From assembly GCA_039811145.1 (NCBI GenBank), contig JBDHYB010000005.1, positions 12,299 to 76,298 on the forward strand: a DNA stretch of 64,000 nucleotides, in the 5' to 3' direction. Below, piece after piece: positions 55,514-64,000 of the stretch (positions are counted from its first letter, which is position 1; each line of letters begins with the position of its first letter). Origin of the DNA: Chitinophagales bacterium. Its GTDB lineage: Bacteria; Bacteroidota; Bacteroidia; Chitinophagales; LD1. The translations under genes and the position numbers were made by a program. A model generated the notes under the pieces. The model had not been told where the DNA came from and made no database searches. It saw only the letters and a list, made by a program, of their open reading frames with translations.

Positions 55514-56782
55514 CTAGGTCTTCTGCTTCTTCTTTTTAGCTGCAGGAAAAAGCACATTGTTTAATATAAGCCTATAGCCCGGCGAGTTGGGGTGCAGGTC
55601 AAGATTAGTAGGCGGGTCACCTACCAGGTGCTGATAATCTTCAGGGTCGTGCCCGCCATACCAGGTCCACATTCCTTTACCGTATTCGCCATGTATGTAA
55701 CGCGCCTCGTTGGCAGATTTATTTTGACCCATCACCAATACGCTGCTCTTTACAAATTCCTTTTTAAAAGCGGTGGTTTGCCCTAAAAAACCCTTTACAG
55801 TTTTAGTGTGGTTTTGGCAAAGCATGGTGGGTACGGGGTCCCATTTGGCGCTAAAGTCAAACAGGGTAAAATAGTCCAGGTCCTTCTGCACTGTCCTGCC
55901 GAAGTTAGCATCAATGTCGCTGTATTCGTATTCATACGGGTTGGTGCGCAGGTGAAATTTTTCAAAGGCAAAACACTCCGCATAATCCAGTTTGCTTTGG
56001 GCGTTGGGGTCCTGCGGGTCGTGGTCATACATAACATCGCATATGTCCGTATTCTGCGCGGCAAGTGCAATATCATAGGAATCTGTGGCGCTGCACATAG
56101 CAAACATAAAGCCTCCGCCAAAAACAAAATCGCGGATGGTTTTCGCCACGGCAAGTTTCATCTCACTCACTTTTTTAAATCCACGGCGGTTAGCACGGGC
56201 CTCATTATCTGCCTGGTCCTCTACATACCATTGGGCGCTGCCATAGCTTTGGTAAAATTTTCCGTACTGGCCGGTAAAATCCTCGTGGTGCAGGTGCAGC
56301 CAATCATACTGCATTAACTTGCCATCTAATATTTCATCGTCATACACTATATCATAAGGTATCTCGGCATAGGTTAAAACCATGGTAACGGCATCATCCC
56401 AGGGCTGCTTTGTTTTAGGTGAATAAACCGCCACCCGTGGCGCTTTTTCCATCTTCATCACATCCATGTTCTGCTCGGGGTCGGCTATTTCAGTAAGCAC
56501 CGCGGTATATTGCCCATCGGCAAGCACTTCGTAGCTCACGCCTCTTATCTTACACTCACTCTCAATCTTATCGTTATAAGGCACTGCAAAACTTCCCCCG
56601 CGGTAATTCAGTAGCCAATCTACCGCTACCCCTTGCTTTAACAGCCAAAATGCCACACCATAACTTTTCAGGTGGTTTGCCTGTGCTAAGTCCATCGGTA
56701 TCAATATCTCTGATGCACGTGCGGCGAAGCTGAGGCAACATATAACCACCGTAAGTAAAGAGGCTTTCTTCAATTTCATCAT
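55514..56782 (-). CDS. conserved exported hypothetical protein
   Basis: 422 aa with a signal peptide. As I recall, this family is often labelled asparagine synthetase B in Bacteroidota annotations, a label I do not trust. I see no catalytic motif. Confidence 0.6.
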   Translation of the reverse strand: MMKLKKASLLTVVICCLSFAARASEILIPMDLAQANHLKSYGVAFWLLKQGVAVDWLLNYRGGSFAVPYNDKIESECKIRGVSYEVLADGQYTAVLTEIADPEQNMDVMKMEKAPRVAVYSPKTKQPWDDAVTMVLTYAEIPYDIVYDDEILDGKLMQYDWLHLHHEDFTGQYGKFYQSYGSAQWYVEDQADNEARANRRGFKKVSEMKLAVAKTIRDFVFGGGFMFAMCSATDSYDIALAAQNTDICDVMYDHDPQDPNAQSKLDYAECFAFEKFHLRTNPYEYEYSDIDANFGRTVQKDLDYFTLFDFSAKWDPVPTMLCQNHTKTVKGFLGQTTAFKKEFVKSSVLVMGQNKSANEARYIHGEYGKGMWTWYGGHDPEDYQHLVGDPPTNLDLHPNSPGYRLILNNVLFPAAKKKKQKT

Positions 56783-56925
56783 AAGTAATCTACGTAAAAG
56801 TGATGCAAAATTTTCACTTTTCTACATAACGTTTTCCGCTGTTCTTAAGTATTAACATTCTCCTACCTTTGCAACAGTTAATGTTTAGTCAACTTTAAAG
56901 TGCAAATTGTCGTCTTAATTCTGGC

Positions 56926-59247
56926 ATGAAGTTTCACCGGTTCATCTTAATTCTACTTCTGGTATTAGCCAGTTTATGCAGGCTAAAAGCTCAAACATCG
57001 CATATAGGGGGTGTAATTAATGCTTATGCCGCCGTAAGTGCAATAGACTATTGCGAGAATAAGGTAACAGTTTCTTCAACCACCGGTTTTGCCGTAGGGC
57101 AAAAGGTGCTGCTTATTCAAATGAAAGGCGCCAGCATAAACCTGGCTAACAACACCGGTTTTGGCGATATCCTCTCCTACCTCAATTGCGGCAACTATGA
57201 AGTGGAAAAGATAAAATCCATAACCGGCAACGATATTGTTTTCGAATTTCTGGTAGAAAGGCTTTATGACCCTGCATCGCAGGTGCAGTTAGTATCCATT
57301 CCCGAATATGCCACCGCTGTTGTAGATTCTACCCTTCGCGCTAAAAACTGGGATGGCGCGGCCGGCGGGGTTTTGGTTTTAGAATGCGATTCGCTGATTT
57401 TAAATGCCAACGTAGATGTAAAAGGCAAAGGCTTTTTAGGCGCTGCACGCGTTAACGATAATGCCGGGCAGGCCTGCTATAATGGTGGCAATGGCGGCGC
57501 TACTGATTTTTTCTGTTCAACGGTGGTATGCGGCGCACCAAAAGGTGAAGGCATCGGTATTACACCTTATTTCTTCGGCCGTGGTAAGGCCGGCAATGGC
57601 GGGGGCGGAGGTAATGATCATAACACAGGAGGCGGCGGAGGTAGTAACTTTGGCGCAGGCGGCCAGGGTGGCATACGCTCTAATGTTTCTCAATTCTCAT
57701 GTCCCGGCCCGGCACCGGGCCTTGGCGGAGGCCCTCTTGACTACAACAATGCATACAATAAAACCTTTATGGGTGGCGGCGGTGGCGCCGGCGATGAAAA
57801 CAATAACGAAGGTACCAGCGGTGCAAACGGTGGCGGCATTTTTCTGTTAATGGCCGATGTATTGGTAGGCAACAACAGGCGTATTATGGCCGATGGCGAT
57901 GATGTAGGCGCCTTAGCCCAAAGCGACGGGGCCGGCGGTGGTGGTGGTGGTGGCACGGTCATGCTTTCGGTAAATACTATAGCGGGTAATTTGATTATTG
58001 ATGCCAATGGCGGTGACGGTGGAGTACTGGATAATGCCGGAATTCCGAACTACTGCTTTGGCCCCGGTGCAGGTGGTGGTGGTGGCGTGCTTTGGCTTAA
58101 GGGAGGCTCTTTACCTCCTAATGTTACCTATCGCGATACCGGCGGCATTAATGGCCGTAATGTGTTTGGCATTGGTTCGCCACAGTGCCCAACAGGTACC
58201 ACAAATTTGGCAACCCCCGGCGATACAGGCGGTATTGTTACAGGCCTTGTTATTCCTATTGCCGATACACCCTATATAAAATTAGAAGCCGGCGTTTGCT
58301 GCGATACAACAGTATGCTCAGGAGCGCCGGTATCCTTTGCTGCCACTGCTACAGGTATGCAACCCATTACTTATGCATGGAGCAACGGCCAAACGGCACC
58401 TTCTTTTGTTGAACCGGTTGCTGCAAGCACCTTATATGTAGTTACCATTAGTGATGCAGGGCATTGCCAGCTACCGTTTACTATTGTAGTTACCGTTCAA
58501 AATAACCCGCCCGATTTAAATGTATGCTGCGATACAACTGTTTGCGCAGGTAATCCGGTTTTTTTTAATGTTATCAATAACTCGGGTACACCACTTACTT
58601 ATCTCTGGAGCACAGGAGACACCACCACCTCCATCAACCCCATCGCTTACTACACACAGGGCTATTTTGTAAGCGCTACGGATGCAAGCGGCTGTGTGGT
58701 GGCAAAATCTGTTTATGTAACCGTGCCCAATACACCGCTTACTGTAATTGCTAATCCTGACTCAGCCATTTTGTTGGGCCAAACCGTGCAGCTAACAGCC
58801 CTGTCTGATACCAGCTATTCTTATCACTGGAGCCCGACCTCAGGGCTAAGCAATCCGGATATTTATAATCCAATTGCCGCACCTGACGCCGCTACCACCT
58901 ATTGTGTTACAGTAACTGATGCTTCGAACTGCTCCTCCTCGGCATGCGCCTATATTGAACTTATCATTCCGGATATACGGGTGCCGGATGCCTTTAGCCC
59001 GAATGGCGATGGCAACAATGATTTGTTTGTGGTGTTCCCCCTAAAGTTTGCAGAGATTTTTGAAATCAATATTTATAACCGCTGGGGCGAAGCCGTTTTC
59101 CATGCCACCTCCAACCAGGCGTGGGACGGTTATTACAAAGGCAATTTGCAGAACGAAGGGGCATATGTAGTTACCGTTAAGTACGGAAGCCCTCTCACCC
59201 CCGGCAAGGCAAACCTGCTTACCAAAAATCTCATTCTTATCCGTTAA
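56926..59247 (+). CDS. T9SS type B cargo with a glycine-rich predicted beta-helical region and CCDTTVC-type Ig-like modules
   Basis: 773 aa with a signal peptide. It has four Gly runs: GNGGGGGNDHNTGGGGGSNFGAGGQGG, GGGGGAGDENNNEG, GAGGGGGGGTVML and GPGAGGGGGVLWL. The C-terminus reads VPDAFSPNGDGNNDLF...IYNRWGEAVFH...WDGYYKG...GAYVV. Confidence 0.8.
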   Translation: MKFHRFILILLLVLASLCRLKAQTSHIGGVINAYAAVSAIDYCENKVTVSSTTGFAVGQKVLLIQMKGASINLANNTGFGDILSYLNCGNYEVEKIKSITGNDIVFEFLVERLYDPASQVQLVSIPEYATAVVDSTLRAKNWDGAAGGVLVLECDSLILNANVDVKGKGFLGAARVNDNAGQACYNGGNGGATDFFCSTVVCGAPKGEGIGITPYFFGRGKAGNGGGGGNDHNTGGGGGSNFGAGGQGGIRSNVSQFSCPGPAPGLGGGPLDYNNAYNKTFMGGGGGAGDENNNEGTSGANGGGIFLLMADVLVGNNRRIMADGDDVGALAQSDGAGGGGGGGTVMLSVNTIAGNLIIDANGGDGGVLDNAGIPNYCFGPGAGGGGGVLWLKGGSLPPNVTYRDTGGINGRNVFGIGSPQCPTGTTNLATPGDTGGIVTGLVIPIADTPYIKLEAGVCCDTTVCSGAPVSFAATATGMQPITYAWSNGQTAPSFVEPVAASTLYVVTISDAGHCQLPFTIVVTVQNNPPDLNVCCDTTVCAGNPVFFNVINNSGTPLTYLWSTGDTTTSINPIAYYTQGYFVSATDASGCVVAKSVYVTVPNTPLTVIANPDSAILLGQTVQLTALSDTSYSYHWSPTSGLSNPDIYNPIAAPDAATTYCVTVTDASNCSSSACAYIELIIPDIRVPDAFSPNGDGNNDLFVVFPLKFAEIFEINIYNRWGEAVFHATSNQAWDGYYKGNLQNEGAYVVTVKYGSPLTPGKANLLTKNLILIR

Positions 59248-60223
59248 GAAAAGAACGGATTATTGTTTCCTCCTCGTCAAACGCTAAACCATATTCAGAT
59301 TTTAAGTCAGCTATTTGATTCAAGGTTTGCTGAAGAAATTTTTGGTGAGCGGCCCCTGTAGGATTCCTTGGCCTGTGTTTTACAGCATGCGTTACGGCTG
59401 TTACTTCCTTTACAAGCTGTTGTGCCTTTGCCGATAGCATTACCTCGGTCAGGTTTTTCCAAACGTAGTCAATAGCCTGGCTATTGGGGTGCAACATATC
59501 CTCCTTATAAAAGCGGTAATCGCGTAAATCATCAATCACCATTTCGTATGCCGGAAAGTAATACAACTGAGGGAACTGCCGCTGCAGTTGATGAATTGCC
59601 GTGAACAAATGCGACTTGTTTATTGAGTTTTCGTAGTGCCCAAAAGCGAAATACCGAACCGGGCTAACCGTAAGCACAACTTTTACAAGGGGCAGTTTAA
59701 CCCATAATTGTTCTAACGTATTTTGAAGGCAGTCTGTAATTTCCTGCACGCTCAAAAGCTCCCGTTCAAATCTATTACCCGGTATTTTATGACAGTTAGA
59801 AACCACTTCGCCGCTTTCCTTATACCTGAAAACATGGGCGCTGCCAAAGGTCAAAAACAAAACGCCTGCTTGTTCTAGTTGCACGGCGGCTCGTTTCATT
59901 TCTGTATTGATAAGTGAAACAGTCTCCTCTCCTGTTGCGCGCGAAAAACTTCCATGGTGTTCCATGCTGTGGTAGAGCCCTTCATGCAACACTAAATCCT
60001 TCGCCTCAAAATCAACCGGGTTTAGTAGGCGTAAAATCCCCTTAGAAATTGAAAGAGGATTATACTGCTGCCCAAACGGATTGATAACAATATCAAATTT
60101 ATGTTCGCTGAATTTTCTGCCAATGTGTTCCGAAAAACAGGAGCCAATGCTCAACAACTTATCCTCAAAGCCTATAGTAAAAGCCGGCTGGCTTGCCTTA
60201 ACAACGGTTCTGAACGCTTGCAT
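59237..60223 (-). CDS. GSCFA-family protein
   Basis: The GSCFSEHIG motif lies near the N-terminus. I chose Met24 of the ORF as the start (MQAFRTVV...) because family members start about 30 aa before GSCF. The ORF itself extends to 60292. Confidence 0.7.
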   Translation of the reverse strand: MQAFRTVVKASQPAFTIGFEDKLLSIGSCFSEHIGRKFSEHKFDIVINPFGQQYNPLSISKGILRLLNPVDFEAKDLVLHEGLYHSMEHHGSFSRATGEETVSLINTEMKRAAVQLEQAGVLFLTFGSAHVFRYKESGEVVSNCHKIPGNRFERELLSVQEITDCLQNTLEQLWVKLPLVKVVLTVSPVRYFAFGHYENSINKSHLFTAIHQLQRQFPQLYYFPAYEMVIDDLRDYRFYKEDMLHPNSQAIDYVWKNLTEVMLSAKAQQLVKEVTAVTHAVKHRPRNPTGAAHQKFLQQTLNQIADLKSEYGLAFDEEETIIRSFLNG

Positions 60224-60335
60224 ACTCACTTTGTTGGCTTCAATTATATTGCAAATATGCCTTTTCCCGGCGAAGCAGAAATTATCAGGCATCTACTCCT
60301 CATAAAGCAATCTTTTATCTTAGCAAAAAAACACA

Positions 60336-60659
60336 ATGCCCCAATTCATTTATATACTGCAGTTGAAGCCCCATTTCCGCCAGTCGGAAAACTGGACTGA
60401 TGAAACCAATGCCATTTTAGGCCAGCATTGGAACTACCTCGTTGGCCTTCATCAAAAAGGGCAAATAACCCTGGTGGGCCGTACCAATGTTGACATCAGC
60501 AATGAAGAAAATCGTGGTATCGCCATTTTCGAAGCCGCAGACCTGGAAGAAGCAATAGCCATTATGAATGCCGACCCTTGCGTTGCTCAAGGAGTAATGA
60601 CAGCCCAGGTTTATCCTTTTAGTCTTGCCCTGTTTAAAGGCGTTCCGCTACCCGGCTAA
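60336..60659 (+). CDS. YciI-like protein
   Basis: 107 aa. Its size and pattern (FIYILQLKP...DPCVAQGVMT) are typical of the YciI/dimeric alpha-beta barrel family. Confidence 0.6.
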   Translation: MPQFIYILQLKPHFRQSENWTDETNAILGQHWNYLVGLHQKGQITLVGRTNVDISNEENRGIAIFEAADLEEAIAIMNADPCVAQGVMTAQVYPFSLALFKGVPLPG

Positions 60660-61309
60660 TGGAAATAAACGAAGTAATACTACTTACAGATAAACTTTCG
60701 GCTGTAAAGCACTTCTATACTGCCGAATTGGGGCTTGCCGTTATTAAGGCCTCGCAGAATGAGATTTCTTTTGCCGCCGGAACCTCCGTACTTACCTTTA
60801 AACAAAGTGCGGCGGCAGCATATTATCATTTTGCATTTAACATAGTTCCCGGGCTTTTTCACCAGGCACACGCATGGGCACAACAGCGCTTTAAACTGCT
60901 GGCGTTTGAGAATAATACCATCATCCACTTCCCAAACTGGAATGCCAACTCTCTCTATTTTATGGATCCTTCAGGCAATATTTTAGAATTCATCGCCCGG
61001 TACGATTTACCATCTCTGCACAAAAATGTATTTGACACCTCCTGCATTTTAAATATCAGCGAAATAGGCATTGTAACCGATCCTGTTTCTGCGACAAAGC
61101 AACTGCTGGAGGACAACTTCGGCCTTTCTGTGTTTCATCGCCAACAGCCAACAGAGGAGTTTTGCCCAATGGGTGATGATAGCGGCCTGCTGATCGTTGT
61201 TACGCAACACCGTAACTGGTTTCCTACCCGGCTGCCTTGCCGGCCTTACCCCGTGAAGGTAAAATTCACTAACAATGAGGGTAACTCTTTGCTGTTTAGT
61301 GTACATTAA
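60659..61309 (+). CDS. VOC (glyoxalase/bleomycin-resistance/dioxygenase) family protein
   Basis: 216 aa with two beta-alpha-beta-beta-beta-like modules (HFYTAELGL..., HFAFNI..., LYFMDPSGNILEF). Its start overlaps the previous stop (TAATG). Confidence 0.55.
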   Translation: MEINEVILLTDKLSAVKHFYTAELGLAVIKASQNEISFAAGTSVLTFKQSAAAAYYHFAFNIVPGLFHQAHAWAQQRFKLLAFENNTIIHFPNWNANSLYFMDPSGNILEFIARYDLPSLHKNVFDTSCILNISEIGIVTDPVSATKQLLEDNFGLSVFHRQQPTEEFCPMGDDSGLLIVVTQHRNWFPTRLPCRPYPVKVKFTNNEGNSLLFSVH

Positions 61310-61332
61310 CTTCCTTTCTTATTTTCATAGCT

Positions 61333-63690
61333 ATGAAAAACCTCTTTCTGCGCCTTGGTACAGCGCTACTCATAATTTACCCTGTTTTACTTAAAGCACA
61401 GGTAAGAGGCGCAGGTGTCAGTAACGAGGCCACGGTTACCGCTTCGGGCAAAGTTTATGCGCTTGTTGTAGGTATATCAGATTATAAAGAGCTACCCAAA
61501 CTTAAGTATGCCGATGTTGATGCTAGAACGTTTGCCGGCTACTTAAAAGCAACCAACGGTGCTGATACCAATAATATAAAGTTGTTGACCAATACCGACG
61601 CCAACCGCGTTAACCTTATAACGCAACTGATGTCAATAAAGAAAAGCGCCGGTCGCGGTGATAAGGTGTACATCTACTTTGCCGGGCACGGCGATATTGA
61701 AACGGAGATTTCCAATGGTGGTATTCTGTTGTTATACGATAGCCCTAAAGAAAGCTACTACATGAACCCCAATGGTTTTTTACATGAAACCGACCTTAAA
61801 AACATTATCAGCCAAATCACAAAATCCGATGCGCAGGTTTTTCTCATTACCGATGCATGCCATTCAGGTTCTTTTAGCGGAGGTGCTGATGGCGCAAGCA
61901 AAAACCTGTTGGCGCTAAAGCAGGAATGGGGTAACGAAAACAAAGTATTTTCCTGCCAGGCTAACGAGTTTTCTATGGAAGGCGCTCAGTGGGGTAATGG
62001 CCGCGGGCTTTTCTCTTATCACCTTGTAGAAGGACTTACGGGATTAGCTGATGAGGAAGGCGAAAAGGATGGCAAAGTAACTTTGTTTGAATTGCAAGCC
62101 TACCTCCAGCGCTACGTGCGCCAACAGGCTGCGCCTAATAAGCAAACTCCCTTTGTGGTAGGCAATCTGGATAACACTGTTGCAACGGTTAGCCCTGCAT
62201 TATTGGCAAAGTTAAAAGAAAGCAAGAGCAACAACTATCCCTTATTTGCAATGGCAGGTGGCAGAGGCATAGATATACTAGCGGATTTAGATGCTGCAGT
62301 TTACAACAACTTTAAAACAGCAATCACCGAAAACCGTTTGGTAGAACCTGACAAAAACAACGCTGTTTGGTTTTACAGCCAGTTAACTACTAAAACTAAA
62401 AACGATGCGGCCAAAGACCTGCTCACCCGCGACCTTGTTTCTGCACTTTTAAATCGTTCTACTGAAATCATCAACCCGCTTTTGTCAGGAGAAATCACTT
62501 ATACTTCGTCATCAAAAGTTGCCTTAGCGGTTAAGGAGATGAATAAGGCGATGGAACTGTTAGGGCCTGAACACTATCTTACGTCTAACTTTAAGGCACG
62601 GAAATTATTTCTGGAAGCGGTACAACTTACGCTCAACAAAGAGGACGAAAAAAATCCCGGCAACATTTCCAATGCTTTAAAGAAACTTCAGGAGTCTATT
62701 GCACTGGAACCTTATGCTTACTACGCCTACTACCAAAGTGGCTACTTGTATAACCTTCAGAAAAAATCGCAACAGGCAATTGACAACTACACTAAATATT
62801 TAAGCTTTTTACCCAAGGACCCCGAAGCGCTCAATAACGTTGGTGTTTCGTACTACAACATAGGCGATTACACTAAAGCAATAGAATATTACAATAAATC
62901 TCTGGCGCTTAAACCTTCGGCCCGTGCGTATACAAACATCGGCCTGGCTTACATTAAAACTAATGATGCAGTAAAAGCCAACGACAACTTCGACAAAGCC
63001 ATCGCACTTGGGAAGGATAACTTGAATACTTACTTCATTGTGGGTAAAAATTATTTCGACAATAACGCAGCCGATAAAGCCCTTACCTATTTAAACAAAG
63101 CGGCTGCATTAAACGCCAACCATGCACCAACGCTTTATTACCTGGGTCTAACTTCTCTTGGTAAAAAGGACACTACAAAAGCGCTTGATTACTTTTCAAA
63201 AGCCATCGCCTCAGATGCACGATATGCTGAACCATATCAAAAACGTGCGGAAATTTATTCAGCTAAAAAGCAGTTTGACAAGGCAGTAAAGGATTATGAT
63301 GTGGCTGTTATGCTAAATCCAAAACTGTGGGATTGCTACCAGGCTTTAGGCAAAGCATACATTGAATTAAAGCAGTACGACAAGGCTATCGATGCACTCG
63401 AAAATGCAGTAATGACCGACCGCCGCCTTGGCAAAACACTGTATTTAACACTTGGCAATCTTTATCGCGATAACCTTAAATCATACGAAAGGGCCAACGG
63501 TTATTATCAAAAGTACCTTGAGTTGAACCCTATGGACGGCAGAGCCCATGCGGAAACGGCAATGAATTTCATTTACCTGAAAAATTATACCGCTGCCGAG
63601 CAAAGCCTGCAACGTGCAACCACCCTCAACCCCGGCGACCCACTGGTTAAAACCTGTAGCGAAGCTTTAAATGCCGCCAAAACCAAGTAG
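61333..63690 (+). CDS. exported caspase-like peptidase (C14) fused to about ten TPR repeats
   Basis: Signal peptide. The dyad context is VYIYFAGHGDIE and FLITDACHSGSF. The C-terminal 400 aa carry repeated 34-aa A..Y......P....a..nlG TPR patterns. Confidence 0.85.
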   Translation: MKNLFLRLGTALLIIYPVLLKAQVRGAGVSNEATVTASGKVYALVVGISDYKELPKLKYADVDARTFAGYLKATNGADTNNIKLLTNTDANRVNLITQLMSIKKSAGRGDKVYIYFAGHGDIETEISNGGILLLYDSPKESYYMNPNGFLHETDLKNIISQITKSDAQVFLITDACHSGSFSGGADGASKNLLALKQEWGNENKVFSCQANEFSMEGAQWGNGRGLFSYHLVEGLTGLADEEGEKDGKVTLFELQAYLQRYVRQQAAPNKQTPFVVGNLDNTVATVSPALLAKLKESKSNNYPLFAMAGGRGIDILADLDAAVYNNFKTAITENRLVEPDKNNAVWFYSQLTTKTKNDAAKDLLTRDLVSALLNRSTEIINPLLSGEITYTSSSKVALAVKEMNKAMELLGPEHYLTSNFKARKLFLEAVQLTLNKEDEKNPGNISNALKKLQESIALEPYAYYAYYQSGYLYNLQKKSQQAIDNYTKYLSFLPKDPEALNNVGVSYYNIGDYTKAIEYYNKSLALKPSARAYTNIGLAYIKTNDAVKANDNFDKAIALGKDNLNTYFIVGKNYFDNNAADKALTYLNKAAALNANHAPTLYYLGLTSLGKKDTTKALDYFSKAIASDARYAEPYQKRAEIYSAKKQFDKAVKDYDVAVMLNPKLWDCYQALGKAYIELKQYDKAIDALENAVMTDRRLGKTLYLTLGNLYRDNLKSYERANGYYQKYLELNPMDGRAHAETAMNFIYLKNYTAAEQSLQRATTLNPGDPLVKTCSEALNAAKTK

Positions 63691-63692
63691 CT

Positions 63693-64000
63693 ATGGAACG
63701 CGGCAAAGGTGCCTGGTTGCCTTATATCTTTTATCTGTTGCTCTTTACCCCCTTTACCTTTTTTACGGTATTAATGTGCAGCAAGGTTATCCCTTACTTT
63801 AGCTTCGCACATGCCGTAAACTTTCTTTCTACTAAAACCGAAGCTACACTGCAAAGCCCCTTGTTTCTCACGGGCTTTTACATCCACATTACATCAAGCG
63901 CCATTGTGTTATTAGCCGGCCTACCGCAGTTTTTGCCGGCATTGTTGCGCTCTTATCCTGCCTTTCACAGGTGGTCGGGCCGGGTATATGTATTCACAAT
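63693..64000 (+). CDS. N-terminal fragment of a polytopic membrane protein (DUF2306-like, tentative), cut by the window edge
   Basis: My own translation from ATG 63693 gives MERGKGAWLPYIFYLLLFTPFTFFTVLMCSKVIPYF... The frame is hydrophobic and open to the window end. Confidence 0.45.
   Translation, partial: MERGKGAWLPYIFYLLLFTPFTFFTVLMCSKVIPYFSFAHAVNFLSTKTEATLQSPLFLTGFYIHITSSAIVLLAGLPQFLPALLRSYPAFHRWSGRVYVFT

Noticed and set aside
55808-56317. 169-aa plus-strand ORF and 119-aa minus-strand alternate-frame ORF inside 55514-56782.
   Set aside because: They overlap a longer ORF that has a signal peptide and balanced composition. No independent support exists.
60336-61309. YciI-like and VOC genes as functional partners of the downstream caspase-TPR gene.
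   Set aside because: Both look like ordinary small metabolic-fold proteins. Adjacency alone is not evidence, and I know of no such association.

Overview
This 64-kb chromosomal segment looks like Bacteroidota. It has T9SS type A and type B C-terminal sorting domains, SprB repeats, TAnnTTTG-type -7 boxes, a long LepB, and dapB-lepB and zapA-rny synteny. A Sphingobacteriia- or Chitinophagia-like origin is only a guess. I count about 55 credible, tightly packed CDS, several followed by clean rho-independent terminators. I saw no rRNA, tRNA, CRISPR array, transposase, integrase or phage gene.

Layout:
- 0.2-4.1 kb: small exported proteins, a fatty-acid desaturase and a TfoX-like gene.
- 4.1-22.2 kb: a cell-surface island. 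It holds two tandem lectin-PKD-SprB-repeat T9SS type B adhesins (1635 and 955 aa), then a tandemly duplicated three-gene cassette. Each cassette has an orphan all-helical cytoplasmic protein facing a two-gene operon: an exported degenerate FGE-sulfatase/GldJ-like protein plus a T9SS type A cargo built on an exact 22-residue YxGGxxDG[FY]A repeat.
- 22.2-45.4 kb: mostly housekeeping genes (DEAD-box helicase, AidB-like acyl-CoA dehydrogenase, panE-like, rny, zapA, a LytTR two-component pair, M1 peptidase, lepB, dapB, hmgA-hppD, radC) and two more T9SS cargo genes.
- 45.4-51.8 kb: an exported protease and sensor cluster. It has a translationally coupled trypsin/PDZ protease, output-less CHASE2 and FecR-like operon, facing a small secreted protein and an exported caspase-DUF4384 protein.
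- 51.9-64 kb: accC, a DAACS symporter, a cytochrome c, a Gly-rich T9SS type B protein, GSCFA, YciI, VOC and a second exported caspase fused to TPR repeats.

The best candidate for an undescribed system is the duplicated cassette at 12.2-22.2 kb. The second is the protease-CHASE2-FecR-like operon with its neighbouring caspases. All functional calls come from motif recognition by eye on the supplied translations. No database search was run.
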